Shown here: positions 1 to 15,000 of the stretch, piece after piece
Position numbering within the stretch: the first letter of the stretch is position 1
Layout of the letters: the number at the start of each line of letters is the position of its first letter
Origin: an uncultured Acidobacteriota bacterium
GTDB lineage: Bacteria; Acidobacteriota; Thermoanaerobaculia; Gp7-AA8
Length of the DNA stretch: 64,000 nucleotides
Direction: 5' to 3'
NCBI GenBank assembly: GCA_963741955.1
Contig: CAVUKB010000004.1
Coordinates: 96,001-160,000, forward strand
Program-made: the position numbers and the translations under genes
The notes under the pieces: model-generated
The model's input: only the letters and a program-made list of their open reading frames with translations
What the model was told of the DNA's origin: nothing
The model's database searches: none

Positions 1-7
1 CGCACCG

Positions 8-3000
8 GTGAACGCGGCTGCGGGGCAGGTCTTCACTCTGTCGATTCGGAACGGCCTCGTGACCAGCGGAGACCTCGCATTCCTTACCGATACTCCGGTC
101 GTCGAGCCGCTGCGCATCGTCGCTGCGCGCCAGGATCTTCACCTCGACGCAGACGGTCACGTGGTGACGGTTCTCCTCAACCGGCCTCTCGAGAATCCTC
201 CTTCGGACTTCGTTCCGCTCTTCGACACCGACGTGTCGCTCGATGCCGCGAAGTTCGGCGTCGGATACTCCGGAAAACGTGCGCTCGCCGGCGCCGCTCT
301 GCAGGCCGACGGACGGACCATTCGACTGAACTACGACAGCGCACTCTCCGGCGACGCCAGCTACGTCATCCACACCACCGGCATCGTCGATCCGGCAAGT
401 CCGTCCGACGTCGTTCCGCAGGTCGAGCTTCGTGATTCCGCGCTCATCCTCGGGACGGTGATCGACGGATCCAATCTCCCCATTCCCGGCGCCGACGTCA
501 GGATCGCGACGTTCACCGGAATCCAATGGATGACCGCGGACGCCGATGGCCGCTTCCTCTTCGAGTACGTGCCGCGAATCATCGACGGCCCCGAGGTCGG
601 TGGAAACTACCACCTCGAAGCGTACGCGAACCAGAAGAAGGCGGAGCTCGATGGGACCGTTCGCCTCCTGCACACCCTCAATTTCGTGAACATCTCATTC
701 CTCGGTCGTGGCTCCGCGGAAGGGTATGTCCGGTACGACAATGGAGAGCCGGTCTCCGGCGCGACAGTCGTGGTCGGAAGCACGATGTTCAATCAGTTCC
801 GGAGAACGACCACGGACGCGGCGGGGCACTACGCGGTGACCGATCTTCCGGTCGGGCCTCTCACGTTCAGCGCGCAGGATGCGGACGGCAACGTCGCGTT
901 CGCGGCGGGAGAGATCCGCTCCGCCGGTCAGGCGGTCCTGCAGGACATCTCCATCTACCGGCGGCCGTTTCCCGGGACCGGAACGGTACGTGGACGCATC
1001 GTCCGGAGCGACGATGGAACACCCGTTGCCGGGGCCCACGTCGGTGTCTACAGCCAGGGATACGGCCTGCGCGACGCGTACACGGGAAGCGACGGCAAAT
1101 TCGAATTCACCAGCGTTCCTTCGGGGTTCGTGACCGTTCTCGCCGAGGACTACCAGGTCGCGCCGCAGTCGATCGCAGTCGATTTCGATCTGAAGACGGA
1201 CGAGGTTCACGAGACGGGCGACCTCGCTCTCGCGATCGCATCGGGTGTGACGTACGTCCAGGTGGAAGGCGACGTGACGACCGAGGATCCGTTGATCCCC
1301 GGTTCGTACGCACCGGTCCCCGGGGCGATCGTCCAGATCTCGGGACTGCCGGCCGCGGTCGCTGACGCGAGCGGCCATTACACATACGCCTCGGTTCCTC
1401 AGTCGTTCAGCGGGAGAAAGATTCGTGGATACGATCCTTCGACCGGAAGGATGGCGGAGGTTCCGCTTCCTTCGCTCAACGCCGGCACGAATGCTGTGCC
1501 GATCGTCATTCCGCGCGACGCGGGGTCGGGGACCGGAACGATTCGGGTGCATCTCCTGGCGGCCGACGGCTCGCCCGTCGTCGGGTACCACGTCTTCGAA
1601 TCGGGATTCCCGACTCTCGAATCGGTCGAGAAGGAGAACGGCGTCTACGAGTTCGCCGGAGTCCAGGTCGGCCGGCGGCTCACTCCGATCATGGCCACGC
1701 CCCCGGGCGGGTACGACTCCCGGTACGGATATCAGTTCACATCCGGCACCGCGTCGGTCTCGTTTCCGGAACAGATCTCGACTCTGACGCTTCGTCTGCC
1801 CGGCCAGGGCTCGGTCCGCGCACGCATTCAGCAGCAGACGGAGGCGGGTGTCCTGATTCAGATCGCAGGGCAGCTGAAGCTTCGCCTTCGAAGGTGGAGT
1901 GACGTGGTGCAGGGTGTGAAGCTGGTCGAAGTGACCGCCTCCACCGACGGATCGACCGACGCCGTCTTCGATCAGGTTCCGGCGGGAGAGGATCATCTCC
2001 TCGAGACCTTCGATTCGGTCGGGTACGACAGCGACAACGTGCGTATCAACTACGACGGCGAGGTCGCTTCGCGGACTCTCACCCTCTCCAGCTTGTCCAG
2101 TGTGAGGGGTCACGTCTTCACTATCGACGGATTCACTCCGGTCCCCGGTGCGGCGGTCCGCCTGGTCGACTCGGCGCAGGACCACGGCTGGATCACGACG
2201 GGCCTGGACGGCAGCTTCGAATTTCGCAACGTGACGTCCGGCTCGGGCTTCACGGTCACGGCCGAATGGACGCAGAACGGGATCTTCAGAACCGCACGCC
2301 TCACCGGCACGACGCCAGTGAATGGAGGGCGGATCGACGACCTCTCGCTGGTCCTGATGCGCCAGGGCTCCGTGGAGGGGACGATCGTCGATGCGGGCGG
2401 TGCGCCGATCCCGTTCGCCCTCTTCTGGATCCGCGAGCTCGATTTTCCCTCCAGGACCTTCGGATCGAAGAGCGAGCCGCTGAAGGCGGACCAGAACGGC
2501 CGGTTCCGCGTCAACGGAATCTTCGCCGTCCCGTTCCGGATCGACGCCCGGGATCCGATCAACGATCAGCTCACCGGAGCCTGGAGCGGCAGGATCGACG
2601 ACGAGGGTCAGGTCGTGACTCCGACCATCACCGTCGGCGGAGCCGGCGTCGGCACAGTCCGGGTGGTGGTGGTCGACCCGAATGCTTCATACGCGCCGGT
2701 CGCCAACGCCGAAGTCTCGCTGGTTCGAGAGTCGACGCTGTTCGATTTCGCAACGACCGACGGTACGGGTACGGTCGTCTTCCAGGGCGTTCCGGCCGCG
2801 CAGACGTATACGCTCGACGCCTATTCGAAGGCGCTCGCGAAATCGGGATCGGCTTCGTCGTTCACGGTCGCGGCCGACTCGACTCTCGAAGAACAGATCA
2901 CTCTCGTCTTCAGCGGTGAAGTGACCGGAACGCTGAGCGATCCGGAGAACGCCTCTGCGCCGATCGCCGGTGCGAGCGTGACGCTGCACGGCGACCATTA

Positions 3001-6000
3001 CGATACGCGGACCTCCACCCTCGGATCAGGGGCGTTCGTCTTCGGCGGCGTGCGTGAGGGGATGTTCCGTCTCGAAGCGCGCGATCCTCTCTCGATTCGC
3101 CGCGCGACGGGTACGGGGGCGGTCAGCACGGCGCAGCCGACCGTCATCGTCGACCTGCAGCTCGAGCCGACGTCGATTCTCACCGTCGATGCGTTCCTCC
3201 CCGACGACGCGGGTAATCCCTCTTCGACACTCGCGCCTCTGGTCACCATCGACGTCAGCCAGCACTCTCTCGGTGGGGCGTATCTCCGCAGCTCGCAGAC
3301 GAATGGAGCGGAGTTCCCCGGTCTCCTCCGTGGCGTGTCGTACGACGTCGTAGTCCACGAGATCGGCGGCCTGCAACGGGTGGTCGGTAGCAGCGGTACG
3401 TTCGACGCGAACACCGCGACGAAGACGCTCAACCTCGTCTTCAAGGCGACCGGCTCCGTGATCGTGCACGTGATGCAGGGGAGTCCCGCGGCTCCCGCTC
3501 CGAACGTCCGCGTCACCGCCTCCAGCGTCGGATCGTCCATCAGCGGCTACACCGACGCGAATGGAACGGTGACCCTGAACGGCGTCCCGCTCGGGACGAG
3601 CGTGTCGCTCCAGGCGACGACCGGTGGCATCTCGCCGCTGACAGGCGCGGGATCCGTTTCACTCGCCAGCCAGAGCCAGCCGGCCGAAGCGACGATCCTT
3701 CTCGGCTCCTACAGCGGTGTGACCGGTTACGTCGAAGCCGAAGAAGGGGGCGCGTCTCAGTCGACGCGCGTCCTCGCGATCTACGACGGCGTGACCCTCG
3801 AAACGCGGACCGACGTGACCGGTCGCTACACCTTGCAGGGGATCGCGACACCGCTCGCAGGCATCGACGTCCGCCTCACATACCTCGGCCCGGACGATCA
3901 GACCATCGGTGCGACGCAGAGCGTGCACCTCGCGAACGGTGCGGGTCTCGTCGAAGCTCCCGCAGTGCGTCTCGACTCCACCCCGCCGCACCTCGACTCG
4001 ATCTTCCCCGCGGACGGCGCGAGCTCCGTCGCTCCCGACACACAGCTGCGGTTCACGTTCAGTCGGGCGATCCAGTCGAACCAGCTGAACAACGGCTACT
4101 TCCAGCTCTTCGAAGTCGCGACCAGCGCACAGGTGAGCCTGACCCTCGCGTCGGCCGTCCTGCAACCGGATGGGAGCGAGATCGTCTCGTTCGCACCTCC
4201 GCTGCCACCTCCCGGGCAGACGTTCCCGCTCCGCAGCAAGACGCTGTACCGCATCCGCGTCTCGGGTCAGCTGCAGGATACCGCCGGTCACGCGCTCGGC
4301 GCAGACCTCGGCGCGAGCTTCACCACGAGTGACTACAGCAATCCACAGGTGGTGAAAGTCGAGCCGTCACCGAAGCTCCCGCTGACGAAGCAGGGACTTC
4401 GTTTCGGAGTGACGTTCAGCAAGCCTCTCGATCCGGCGCCATGGCAGGCCGGAGGCAGCGGCGTCATGCAGCTCGTCCGGATCGACGCGATCGGCGGACA
4501 GCCGGTCGGGACTCCCGTCACCGGGACGATTCAGCTCGATCCCGACACCGCAGCCACACTCTGGTTCGGACCCGGGGAGACGCTCTCTCCCGCATCGTTC
4601 TACCGGCTGTCGATCAGCGGCGTGAAAGACACTGAGGGTCGCGGGCTCGTCGACGACCATGGCGCGCCCCTCTCCGTATGGACTCAGGACTTCTTCACGT
4701 ACGACGAGACGGCGCCGGTGGTGACGCTCACCCCACCACTTCTCAACGGTGTCGCGATCGGCGAGGCCGATCCGCTCTACACCGGGGTTCTCTACACGTT
4801 CCCCCTCTCCGCGACGAATCCCGACGGGTCCGCAGCGACGGATCTTGCGCGAGTCGACTTCTTCGTGGTCGACGATTCCGGACACGAGACGTTGCTCGGC
4901 AACCATCCGCTGGCCAGCGTCGCTCTGTCGCTTCCCTCGGGCTCCACCAGCTTCACGCTGAAAGCGGTGGCGACCGACCTTTCGGGCAACGTGAGTGCTC
5001 CCGCCACGCGTAGCTGGAGCGTGCAGGAGATTCCGGCGCTCTCGATCGCGGCGACCTCGTTCGCTCCTGCGACCATCTACGCGGGGAACACCGTGACCGA
5101 GACGATCTTGATTGCGGGCGGTGCGCTCGACGCGACCGTCTCCGTCAACGTGACCGCTGAAGGTTCTCCGACCACCGTCGCCTCCGCGACCCAGGCGCTG
5201 CATCGGGCTGCATTCGGCGATCCGTGGTCGCCGGTCGCGCTGGAGCTCCCGATCCCGAGCGGTGTTGCCGCGGGGTCACTCCTCCACTTCGTCGCCACGG
5301 TCGTCGACGCGCGTGGCGTACCTCTCTCGCGCGATGACGCGATTCAGCTCGCGGCGGACGCAGGCGCTCCGTCGATCGACACCCCGACGATCGAGGTCGT
5401 GCACTCCACCGTCTCCGGCTCGCCGGTCGATCGCTTCAACGGCGGCGACACGTACCGCGTCCACGTCCTCACGTCCGACGCGGAGACCGGAATCTCGTCC
5501 GTGGTCTTCCACGTCGACGGCGTCGATTTCACAGTGACCAGCGGCGTCTGGAGGAGCGATCTCTCCAGGTGGGAGTTCGTCTCGCCGACGATCACCGCAG
5601 AGGCGCGCAACAACGACACGACCATCCAGATCGCCGCGACCGCGCACGATTTCGGCGGGAACGACGCGACGTCGGCGACGCAGATCACGTACAACGGCCT
5701 CCACGATCCGAATGCGCCGACGGTAGGCTGGATCCAGCCCCTCGACGGCGCCGCATGGCCCGCATCACACGCTGGCTTCACGACGCGACTGCGCGTGTAC
5801 GCGAGGTCGGCACTTCCGCTCGCGGGGACGTTCGATGTCCCCGGCGCCGGAACGGTCACCGCCATCCGCGGTACCGATGAGCTCTACGCCGACCTCACGT
5901 CGTTCGACACTCCGGCAGCCGGAACGACGCTCGACATCGTCGCCCACGTCAATGACGGCGACGGCGGCCACGCGGTCGACCTCCCGATCTCCGTCCATCT

Positions 6001-9000
6001 CGTCGACGTCACGCAGACCATCGGAAGCGGCCAGACGATCGCGGTCGACGCGACACATCCGCTGTCCGGTGACTCGATTATCGTCGATGGCGGCCAGCTC
6101 GTGCCGCACATCCCGCTCGCGCTGTCGAACCTGATCGTGATGAACGGTGGAGTCGTCAAGACGGTGCGATCGACCACCACTGCCGATCAGAAGCTCGACC
6201 TCACCGTCTCGGATCACCTCTACATCGACGCGGCCTCTTCCATCGACGTGACCGCGTGCGGATACCTCGGCGGCCACCAGCAGAATTTCGATCTCACCGG
6301 CACCAATGACGACGCCCGCGGAATGACTCTCGGACGGACCGTCGAAGGCGGCACACAGCCCGGTGCGTCTGCGTCCTACGCAGGCCTCGGCGGTGAGCCG
6401 CAGAGCGGTCTTACGAACCCGGTGTACGGATCCATCACCGATCCCTCCGATCTCGGGAGCGGCGGCGGTGCGGCCAGTGCGACGGGAGGGAGTGCGGCCG
6501 GCGGTCAGGGCGGCGGCGCCACCTCGCTGACTGCGCCTTCCGGCGCCCGCGTCGCGATTGCCGGCGTCATTCTCGCGAACGGCGAGGATGGTGTGGGCCG
6601 CGGCGGTGCCGGTTCCGGCGGCGGCATCTCCATTCACGTCGACTCGATCGTTCTCGGCGCGGCCTCACGTCTCGCGGCCAACGGCGGCGACGACGACGCG
6701 GCGGATCAGACCTCGCGCGGCGGCGGAGGCGGACGTGTCGCGATCTCCGCGACGTCCCTCCTCGATATCGATACGGCGAATCCGCCGCACGTGAAAGCTC
6801 GCGGCGGACGGAACCGCGGAGGGGAGATCGCCAGTGCGCTCGACGGCGGCGCGGGAACGATCTATCTCCGCGCGCCGGGTGCGACCGACGGAATGCTCGA
6901 AGTCTCCTCGCTCGATCCGCGATACCCGACGTCGATTCACCTCACCCGGCCGACGCCCTTGAGTGATGCGACCGGAGCGCTCTCGTTCGATGCGATGGCC
7001 GTCGGCCCGCGCGCGCTCGTGCGCGCCGACGCGCAGCTCACCATCGGCGGAGTCACTGATGATGTTTCGAAGGCGGCGGTCGATCCGACGGCAGTCCTCG
7101 TGCTGCAGAACCAGCAGCCTTCGATCTCGCTCAGTACCACACCCGGTGAAGGGTCGTCTCTGATCCAGGGATCGTCACTGAACGTGACTTACGACGCCAC
7201 ATCGCTCTCGGGCGTGGGCGAGGTCCGGCTTCAGTGGTCGCCGGTGACGCCCGATCGCGTCGACCCGTTCACGTCGTACCCGGCAGACACCGGGTTCAAA
7301 GGTGCGGCGCTCGCGATTCCGGTCGATGCGGTTGCCGGCTCCACGGCGACGCTCGCGCTCGGGGCGACCGATCGCGCCGGACGCAGCGTCGATTCGGCTC
7401 CGCTCAGCTACACGATCGTCGCGAACAGTGCACCTGTGATCGACCGCTTCGACGTCACCGCGCCGTCGCCTCTCTATCCCGGCGCACGTGTCACCGTCAC
7501 GATTGACGCACACGACGACCTCTCGGTCACGAAGCTGGCGCTCGACAGCCAGATCGGCTCGGGCGTGGTGAATACACAGTCCGTGACGCCGAACACCAGC
7601 GCGATCCTTCAGAACTTCACGATCGATATTCCGAAGGACATTCCGGCCGGCGCGACGACGCTCACACTCACCCTCTCCGTGGAAGACGCCTTCCCCGCAC
7701 GGAGCGCGACGGTCCAGACGCAGACGCTCACCATCACTCCTGATACCGCGGCGCCCACGGTGCAGATCACCGCACCGGCAACGGGCGCGCTCTTCAACGA
7801 AGGGAGTGGCAACACCATCCACGTCGTCGCCACCGCGACGGACGTCGAGACCGGCATTGCGCAGATCACGGCAACGATCGAGAGCGGCACGACGGCATCG
7901 ATGACCGCGACCGGCAATCCGAACGAGTACGCCACCGACCTCCCGGTGCCGAACGTGGTCGGCGACCAGGACGTCACGAAGCAGATCACCGTCACCGCGA
8001 CGGATTACGCCACGCATTCGACTGCGATGATGCTGCCGGTCACCATCCATCCGCTCGTCGATCCGACTGCCCCGGTCATCACCTGGGCCTGCGGCACCAC
8101 CGGCGCGATGTTCCCGGTCGGATACACCGCGCAGCTCAGCATCACCGCGACGCCTCCGGCGAGCGGAAACGCGGTCGAGAGCGTGACGTTCTTCGACGGC
8201 ACGAACAGCTACCCGGCCACGCAGAATGGCACGACCTGGAGCATCTCTTACGTGATTCCCGACGTCGGCGACGGCACAGCGATCCCCATCAGCGTCACCG
8301 CGACCGCGCAGGGCGGCGCCGCGGCCGACGCACAGACCTCCATCACCGCAATCGTCGCCGACAAGACCATCACCTCAGATACGACGATCCTCGACGGCGA
8401 CGCGACGTACGACAACCAGACGGTGGTTGTCGAGGGCGGTAGCCTGACTCTCGACGGAGACCATACGTTCACGAGATTCATCGTCCTCTCCAGCGCCGTC
8501 GTCACACATCTTCCGACCAACGCTTCAGGAGAGCACCATCTCGGCGTTACCGCTGACCGCGTGTTCGTCGCCTGCGGAGCCAGAGTCGATATCACGGCAC
8601 GCGGATACTCCGGCTGGACGAATGGCCAGGCAGCCACGTGGCCGAACAGATTCGACAACGGCAGCAGTGGCTACTCCGGCGGGAGCCACGGTGGAATTGG
8701 CGGTAACTATTCGGGAACACCGGCGCCGGTGTATGACTCCGTCTACGAGCCGCACGAACCGGGAGGCGCGGGAGCCGGATCGCCCAATAGTCAGGGTGGC
8801 GGTGTCGTGCGAATCGACAGCTCGACGCTGACGTTGGACGGATCGATCGTCGCGAATGGAACTGTCGATGGAGGTTCCTACGCTATCTCGGGTGGTGGTG
8901 CAGGAGGCACTGTCCTGATCCATACGGGCTCGATGTCGGGTGTCGGCCAAATCTCCGCTGATGGTTCAACAGGCCTGTGGCAAACGAGCGGCTACTATGC

Positions 9001-12000
9001 GCCCGGTGGGGGCGGGGGCGGGCGCGTGGCGATCTATCACCGGAATCCGTTGGAATTCGACGAATCGAAAATTTCGGCCCTGGGAGGGCACGGCCGGCCG
9101 TCAGGTGCAGCTGGGACGATCTATCTATGCACGGTCGATCAGGCCGGCGCGAAGGTCTCCAACAAGCTCGTGATCAGGAACGTGGAGACGGGTCGCACGA
9201 CGGAGTTGCCATCTCTCGGCGCGGGTCGGATCTCTGCCTTCGATGCAACCACCGGGGTTATTCTGACGGACCGGCCGACTGAGATTCCATCGTATCTCGT
9301 CGGCAACGGGGTCAAGATCTGGGCGGCTGACGGTTCTACCCTGAAGGGATATTCGAACCTTCGAAGCGTTCTATTCGATTCGTCTTCCGGACTCGCGAGT
9401 TTCTCGCTGAATTCGGGCGACATCGGCTCGCTCGCGCTCCAGCCGACCGATCAATGGCGCGGTGTCTACCGGGTCGACGAGTTGTCGGTCGATGGAGCGG
9501 TTCTTCTGTCCGAAGATCTACTCGAAAGCGGCAATCCACCCGAATTGACGCATGGCGGCTCGATCGAAGGCAGCAATGAGGCGGCACCTTCCGTCGATGC
9601 GAGTCGCATAAGTCTTCTCTTGAGCAGTATCGGGTACAGCGTCGTCGGGACCGTGGGGGCCGTCGCCGATCCGGATCAACCGGTCCACGTGACTGTCACG
9701 AATGAAAGAAGTGGCGATTCGTGGGAAACCACCGCGGAGTCGGATGGGAGCTTTGCCGTCGTGGTGAACGGTCAGATGGACGACGCGATTTCGCTTCAGG
9801 CCCGAGACTCGAGCTACTTCGCCATGACGTCCGGCACGATCGAGGTCGGTACCTTGCCCGCGGATGCACCTGCGAGTTCGTCTGTCGATCCCGCAGCCTG
9901 GGGCGTCGATGCGGCATTCCGTGTCCGGAGCGTCGCGGCCGGATGGCACCGGTTGCTCGTAGGCGGCCGGCCTTTCTACGCCGGATCCTGGAGCGGTCAC
10001 TCCGATAATCTCGCGATACTCGATACGACGAATACCGCTTCTCCCGGGCTCATTGGGAAGCTCTCAGTCGGCAACGGTTGGATCAGGGACATACTGGTTC
10101 GAGACGACAAGGCATACCTGGCCTGTGATGATCTGCGAGTCATCGATCTGGCAGGGCCAGTGCCCACGGTGGCCGTGCCCGACCGTGCCGTGAGTGGGAA
10201 CGCGATGGCGGTGGCGGTCGACGGCGGCAACGCGTGGGTTTCGAGCGATCAGGGCGACGGGCGGTTGACTCTCTTCGATGTGACGGATCCGTTCCATGCA
10301 CGCTTTGTGGTCGAACGCAGCATGATGTCCGGAGTCACCTTTACCGGTCTTTTCGACCCTGGCCCGAACTATCTCATCGCCACCTCTCCGAATCGGACCA
10401 ACAGCGGGACCTTGGGGCACGATGTCGTCGTCATCGATCGCCGCAATTCGACGGCTCCGACCATCGCTGCGGATCTCGACATCCCCGCATTCGACGCGAG
10501 ATCGGGCGTGCTCGTCGGTAATCTCTTGTACCTCGCCGGCTTCGACACCGGATTCGCCATTGTCGATGTGTCCGATCCGGCACACCCGGTGACTCGAAGC
10601 GTCAACCCGATCGGATATGTGCGTGGTGTTTACGTCGCAGGCACGGATGCTTACGTGACCGTGGGGACGAGACTCGAAATGTTCGATATTTCCGATCCCA
10701 TGACGCCGGTGCTCGAAGGTATTACGGACCTTCCAGGAGACGGATGGGAGATCGAGAGGACCGGCGACATGCTCTATGTAGCGGCCGATACGACGCTGTC
10801 GATCGTGTCTGCGTCGCCGTCACCGTCCGTCGATGCGTATCTATTCACTGTGAACGGACCGACAGGTGTTGCCGAAGTGCACGGACAGCCGAACGCTATC
10901 GTGGGCGTCGCGCCACTGACGGTCGAGCTACGTGACGTCGCCCGCGGATCATCGACGGCGGGTATTTCCGTGGCCGCCGATGGAAGTGTAGACGGATCGA
11001 TCGCCGCGCAACCTGGGGATGAGGTCGAAGTCATCGCCACGGATTCGCTCGGTCGGTCAAGTCTGGTCGTGACGATCGGCTCGGTGCCGTTTGGAACCGG
11101 AGACGTCACGGTACCGATCACGTATGGGATGACGAACAACGACGTCAACTTCCGTGCACGGCTGCTGGAGGTGGAAGGGACGAACCTGATCACGACCGGA
11201 TGGCACGACACGGACAAGGTGGTGCGATTCGATCTGACGGATCCGCGTTCGCCGGGGTACGTGGAGACGATCAACGTCGGCAACGGGAAAATCTGGGATG
11301 TCGCGCTGCGGAACGGGTATGCGTATGTGGCGGCGAGCTACTTGCGGGTGCTCAATTTGAACGTGACGCCAGCGACGGAGTTCACGCCAGACGCAGGCAG
11401 CCTCAACACGGCGGTATCGGTAGCGGTGGACGGAACGTACGCATTCGTCGGCGCGGACGGAACGAGCGGATGGATTCAGATTCTGGACGTGAGCAACCCG
11501 GAAGCGCCGCACTGGATCCGGAGGCAGAGTCTGGGCGGAGGAGTGAACTTCCACAAGCTGATCACGCTGGGAACCGACTACCTGATCGGGATCACCCCGC
11601 AGGGGAACAACGATATCTGGATCATCGACCGGCGGGACATCAACAACCTTCGGGTGGTGGCGCAGCTGTCGATACCCGGGATGACGGCAAGCACGGCGAG
11701 GCTCGAGGGAAACACGCTCTACGTGATCCACAGGGGGAGTGGGAACGGCGTGGCTGCAGTCGATGTGACGAACCCCGCGTCTCCGACGCTGCTCTGGACC
11801 TCGGCGACGGGAGGGCTCGGCTTCGGTCTGGATGTGGCCGGGTCGACGCTGGCGGTGGGGGATGGGAGTTCGGGAGTGAGTCTGCTCGATGCGAGCGGTC
11901 CGGGTGGCGCTACGCTGAAGGGGACGCAAACGTTACCGGGAACCAGCTGGGATGCGCGGTTCGCGAACGGAGCCTTGTACGTCGCGCACGAGACCGGGAT

Positions 12001-15000
12001 CAGCGTGATCTCGGGTGTCGTCGCACCGCCGGTGATCGACGTTTCGGGAATCACCGTGGCGCAGACGAGCGGCGGTGGTCTGGTGAACGGCGGCGTGAGA
12101 TCCGTGACGGGAACGGGCGCCCTGAGTGTGACTCTGCGAAACGAGACGAGCGCCGCAACGTCAAGCAGTGTTGCAGTCTCCGCCGATGGGAGTTTCAGTG
12201 CGACGGTGAGCGGAGTACCAGGCGATCGTATCAGCGTCACGGTAACGGATGATTCGGGTCGGTCCACCGGCCCGACAGTGATCGGAGCGATCCCGTTCGG
12301 CGGTGCGATAACGACGGTACCGATCACGTATGGGATGACGAACAACGACGTCAACTTCCGTGCACGGCTGCTGGAGGTGGAAGGGACGAACCTGATCACG
12401 ACCGGATGGCACGACACGGACAAGGTGGTGCGATTCGATCTGACGGATCCGCGTTCGCCGGGGTACGTGGAGACGATCAACGTCGGCAACGGGAAAATCT
12501 GGGATGTCGCGCTGCGGAACGGGTATGCGTATGTGGCGGCGAGCTACTTGCGGGTGCTCAATTTGAACGTGACGCCAGCGACGGAGTTCACGCCAGACGC
12601 AGGCAGCCTCAACACGGCGGTATCGGTAGCGGTGGACGGAACGTACGCATTCGTCGGCGCGGACGGAACGAGCGGATGGATTCAGATTCTGGACGTGAGC
12701 AACCCGGAAGCGCCGCACTGGATCCGGAGGCAGAGTCTGGGCGGAGGAGTGAACTTCCACAAGCTGATCACGCTGGGAACCGACTACCTGATCGGGATCA
12801 CCCCGCAGGGGAACAACGATATCTGGATCATCGACCGGCGGGACATCAACAACCTTCGGGTGGTGGCGCAGCTGTTGATACCCGGGATGACGGCAAGCAC
12901 GGCGAGGCTCGAGGGAAACACGCTCTACGTGATCCAGCGCGGCGGCGGTGCGATTGCCATCGTAGACGTGACCGATCCGACGGCGCCGGCTCTCGACAGC
13001 GTCGAACAGACGCGAGGGCTCGCGTTCGGGCTCGATTCGAGCACTTCTCTCGTCGCCGTCGGCGAAGGATCTCCCGGCACGACTCTCATCGACACGACGA
13101 CCCCATCTTCGCCAATCGTCCTCGGTTCGCAGTTCCTCGGCGGAACGACCTGGGACGTCAGATTCGCGAACGGAGCGGTCTATGCGGCGCGGGAAGTCGG
13201 CATTGCGGTCATCGAAGACTTCAGCACGGTGGCACTCGCCCGATCCCCACGGCCGTTCGCTTCATCGAAGGCGGTGTCACCGGTAAGGCACGACTCGGAG
13301 GTGTTCCTTGCTGACCTCTCGAAGGTTTCGATAGTGCCCGGACACGGTGTCGTCACTATCCGAGGATCCGCTGCCGCGATGGCCGGTCCCGCGCCGCTGA
13401 CTGTCGAGATCACGAACGAGACTCTCGGTACCTCCGTCCCGATCGTGCCGGTCGCCGTCGACGGAAGTTTCGAAACGAACCTCGTTGCTGCACCCGGCGA
13501 CCACCTCACCCTACGCGCGACGTCCGGGACCGGCGAGACGACTGCTCCCCTGGATCTCGGTCAGGTGCCCCACTTTGCCCCCCCGGAGGGTCGCGTTCCA
13601 AACGAATCGTTCGACCCGGCGGGAGTGGGCCGAATACCGCGCTCTGCAGCCGCGATCGCCGCGGATGCATCCCCCGAGGAGCGCCGGCTTCCAGCCGGCA
13701 GCGGTCAGGCCTCTGCGCCTGACCGCGAGCGACCGCGCGACGACCGGCGGATGCTCGATGCGACACCGATTGCGAGATCTCACCGGTTGTCGTGGCTTTC
13801 CCCGCGAACGCCGATCGCATTCGCCATTCTCCCGAGCCTCGAGCCTCGAGCCTCGAGCCCCGCGTCTCTCACCCCGAGCCTCGAGCCTCGCGTCCTGTAC
13901 CTTCATCCTGGAGCAGCGATGACCTCACCCTCGCAGAAAGATGCAACCATGGATCAGCGTCAGAGAACCGCAGACTCGATGGCGCATGGTTCGACGCTAG
14001 GTAGCCGAACCCTGTTCGCGACTCTGATGCCACAGGGCGAGCAAGTGCGGTGCAGGTTCCCGTCAGAATTGAGCGAGCCGCTACAGTCGTGGCTCGCGAC
14101 CGCGGCTGTGGTGCCAGAGAGCGACGATCTCCACGCCGTGCGGCGTGATCTGATAGTAGAGCCAATAGCCGGTATGCCGAAGGATCAGCCGTTGAACCTG
14201 TCCGCTCCGACGGCCGTGAACGACTTGCCCGATCGACGGGTGTCTGCGAAGCATCTCGACCGCAGCGCTGATCTCCTGCTCCAGCAGTGTGGGTGCCTCG
14301 GGACGGTTCTGGTTCCACCACTCCAGCGCACGCCACGTCTGTCGCGCGGCGCGCGGAGCGAAGGTGACCTGCTCGATCAATCCGGAAGCCCTGACGGTCG
14401 ATGCTTCAGCACGTCTTCAGCGGGGATCCCTTCGCCTCGCCTCAACTCGAGCTGCGCCTGCCAGATCTCCTCGTCCTCTTCGTCGTTCAGCTCGTACGCC
14501 TCGTCCGGCTCGATGACGTTGATCTCCACCGAGGCACCCTCCGGGAGTTGTGCATCACTCTCGATCCGGATCTGCCCATCCACGATTCTTCCCGTCAGTT
14601 TCATCAGAGTTCCCCTTGCCGGCAGCATCGGCTTTACCCGGAGCAACCGGCGATGCGAGGAGGTAATTCTGCAGAACCCACTCTCCGCATCGATCGGCGG
14701 TCGCAATGTCCCTGATCTGTTTTCGGGGCGCGGGCGTAACCCGCAGCCGGACGTTCACTCTCTGGCCTCGAGCTCATCCAGAAACGCCCGGGCATCAGTG
14801 GCTCCGCCTTCACTCGCCGCCGCCACCGCTTCACGAAGCCAGACCTTCTCTTCATCCGTCAGCGTGACGGGCTCTTCCTCCAGCAGCGCGACTTTGACCA
14901 GCTGCCCTTCGGGAAGCGCTTCCGCATCGACATTCAGGCGCCCATTGACGACACGAGCGGTTGTGATCCTCATGAACTCATCCTACTCCCGGCGCGGAGC

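Noticed and set aside
526-13314. Numerous Arg-rich alternative-frame and antisense ORFs within the giant genes
   Set aside because: Typical high-GC shadow ORFs with no recognisable motifs, unlike the four-helix-bundle and TA genes.
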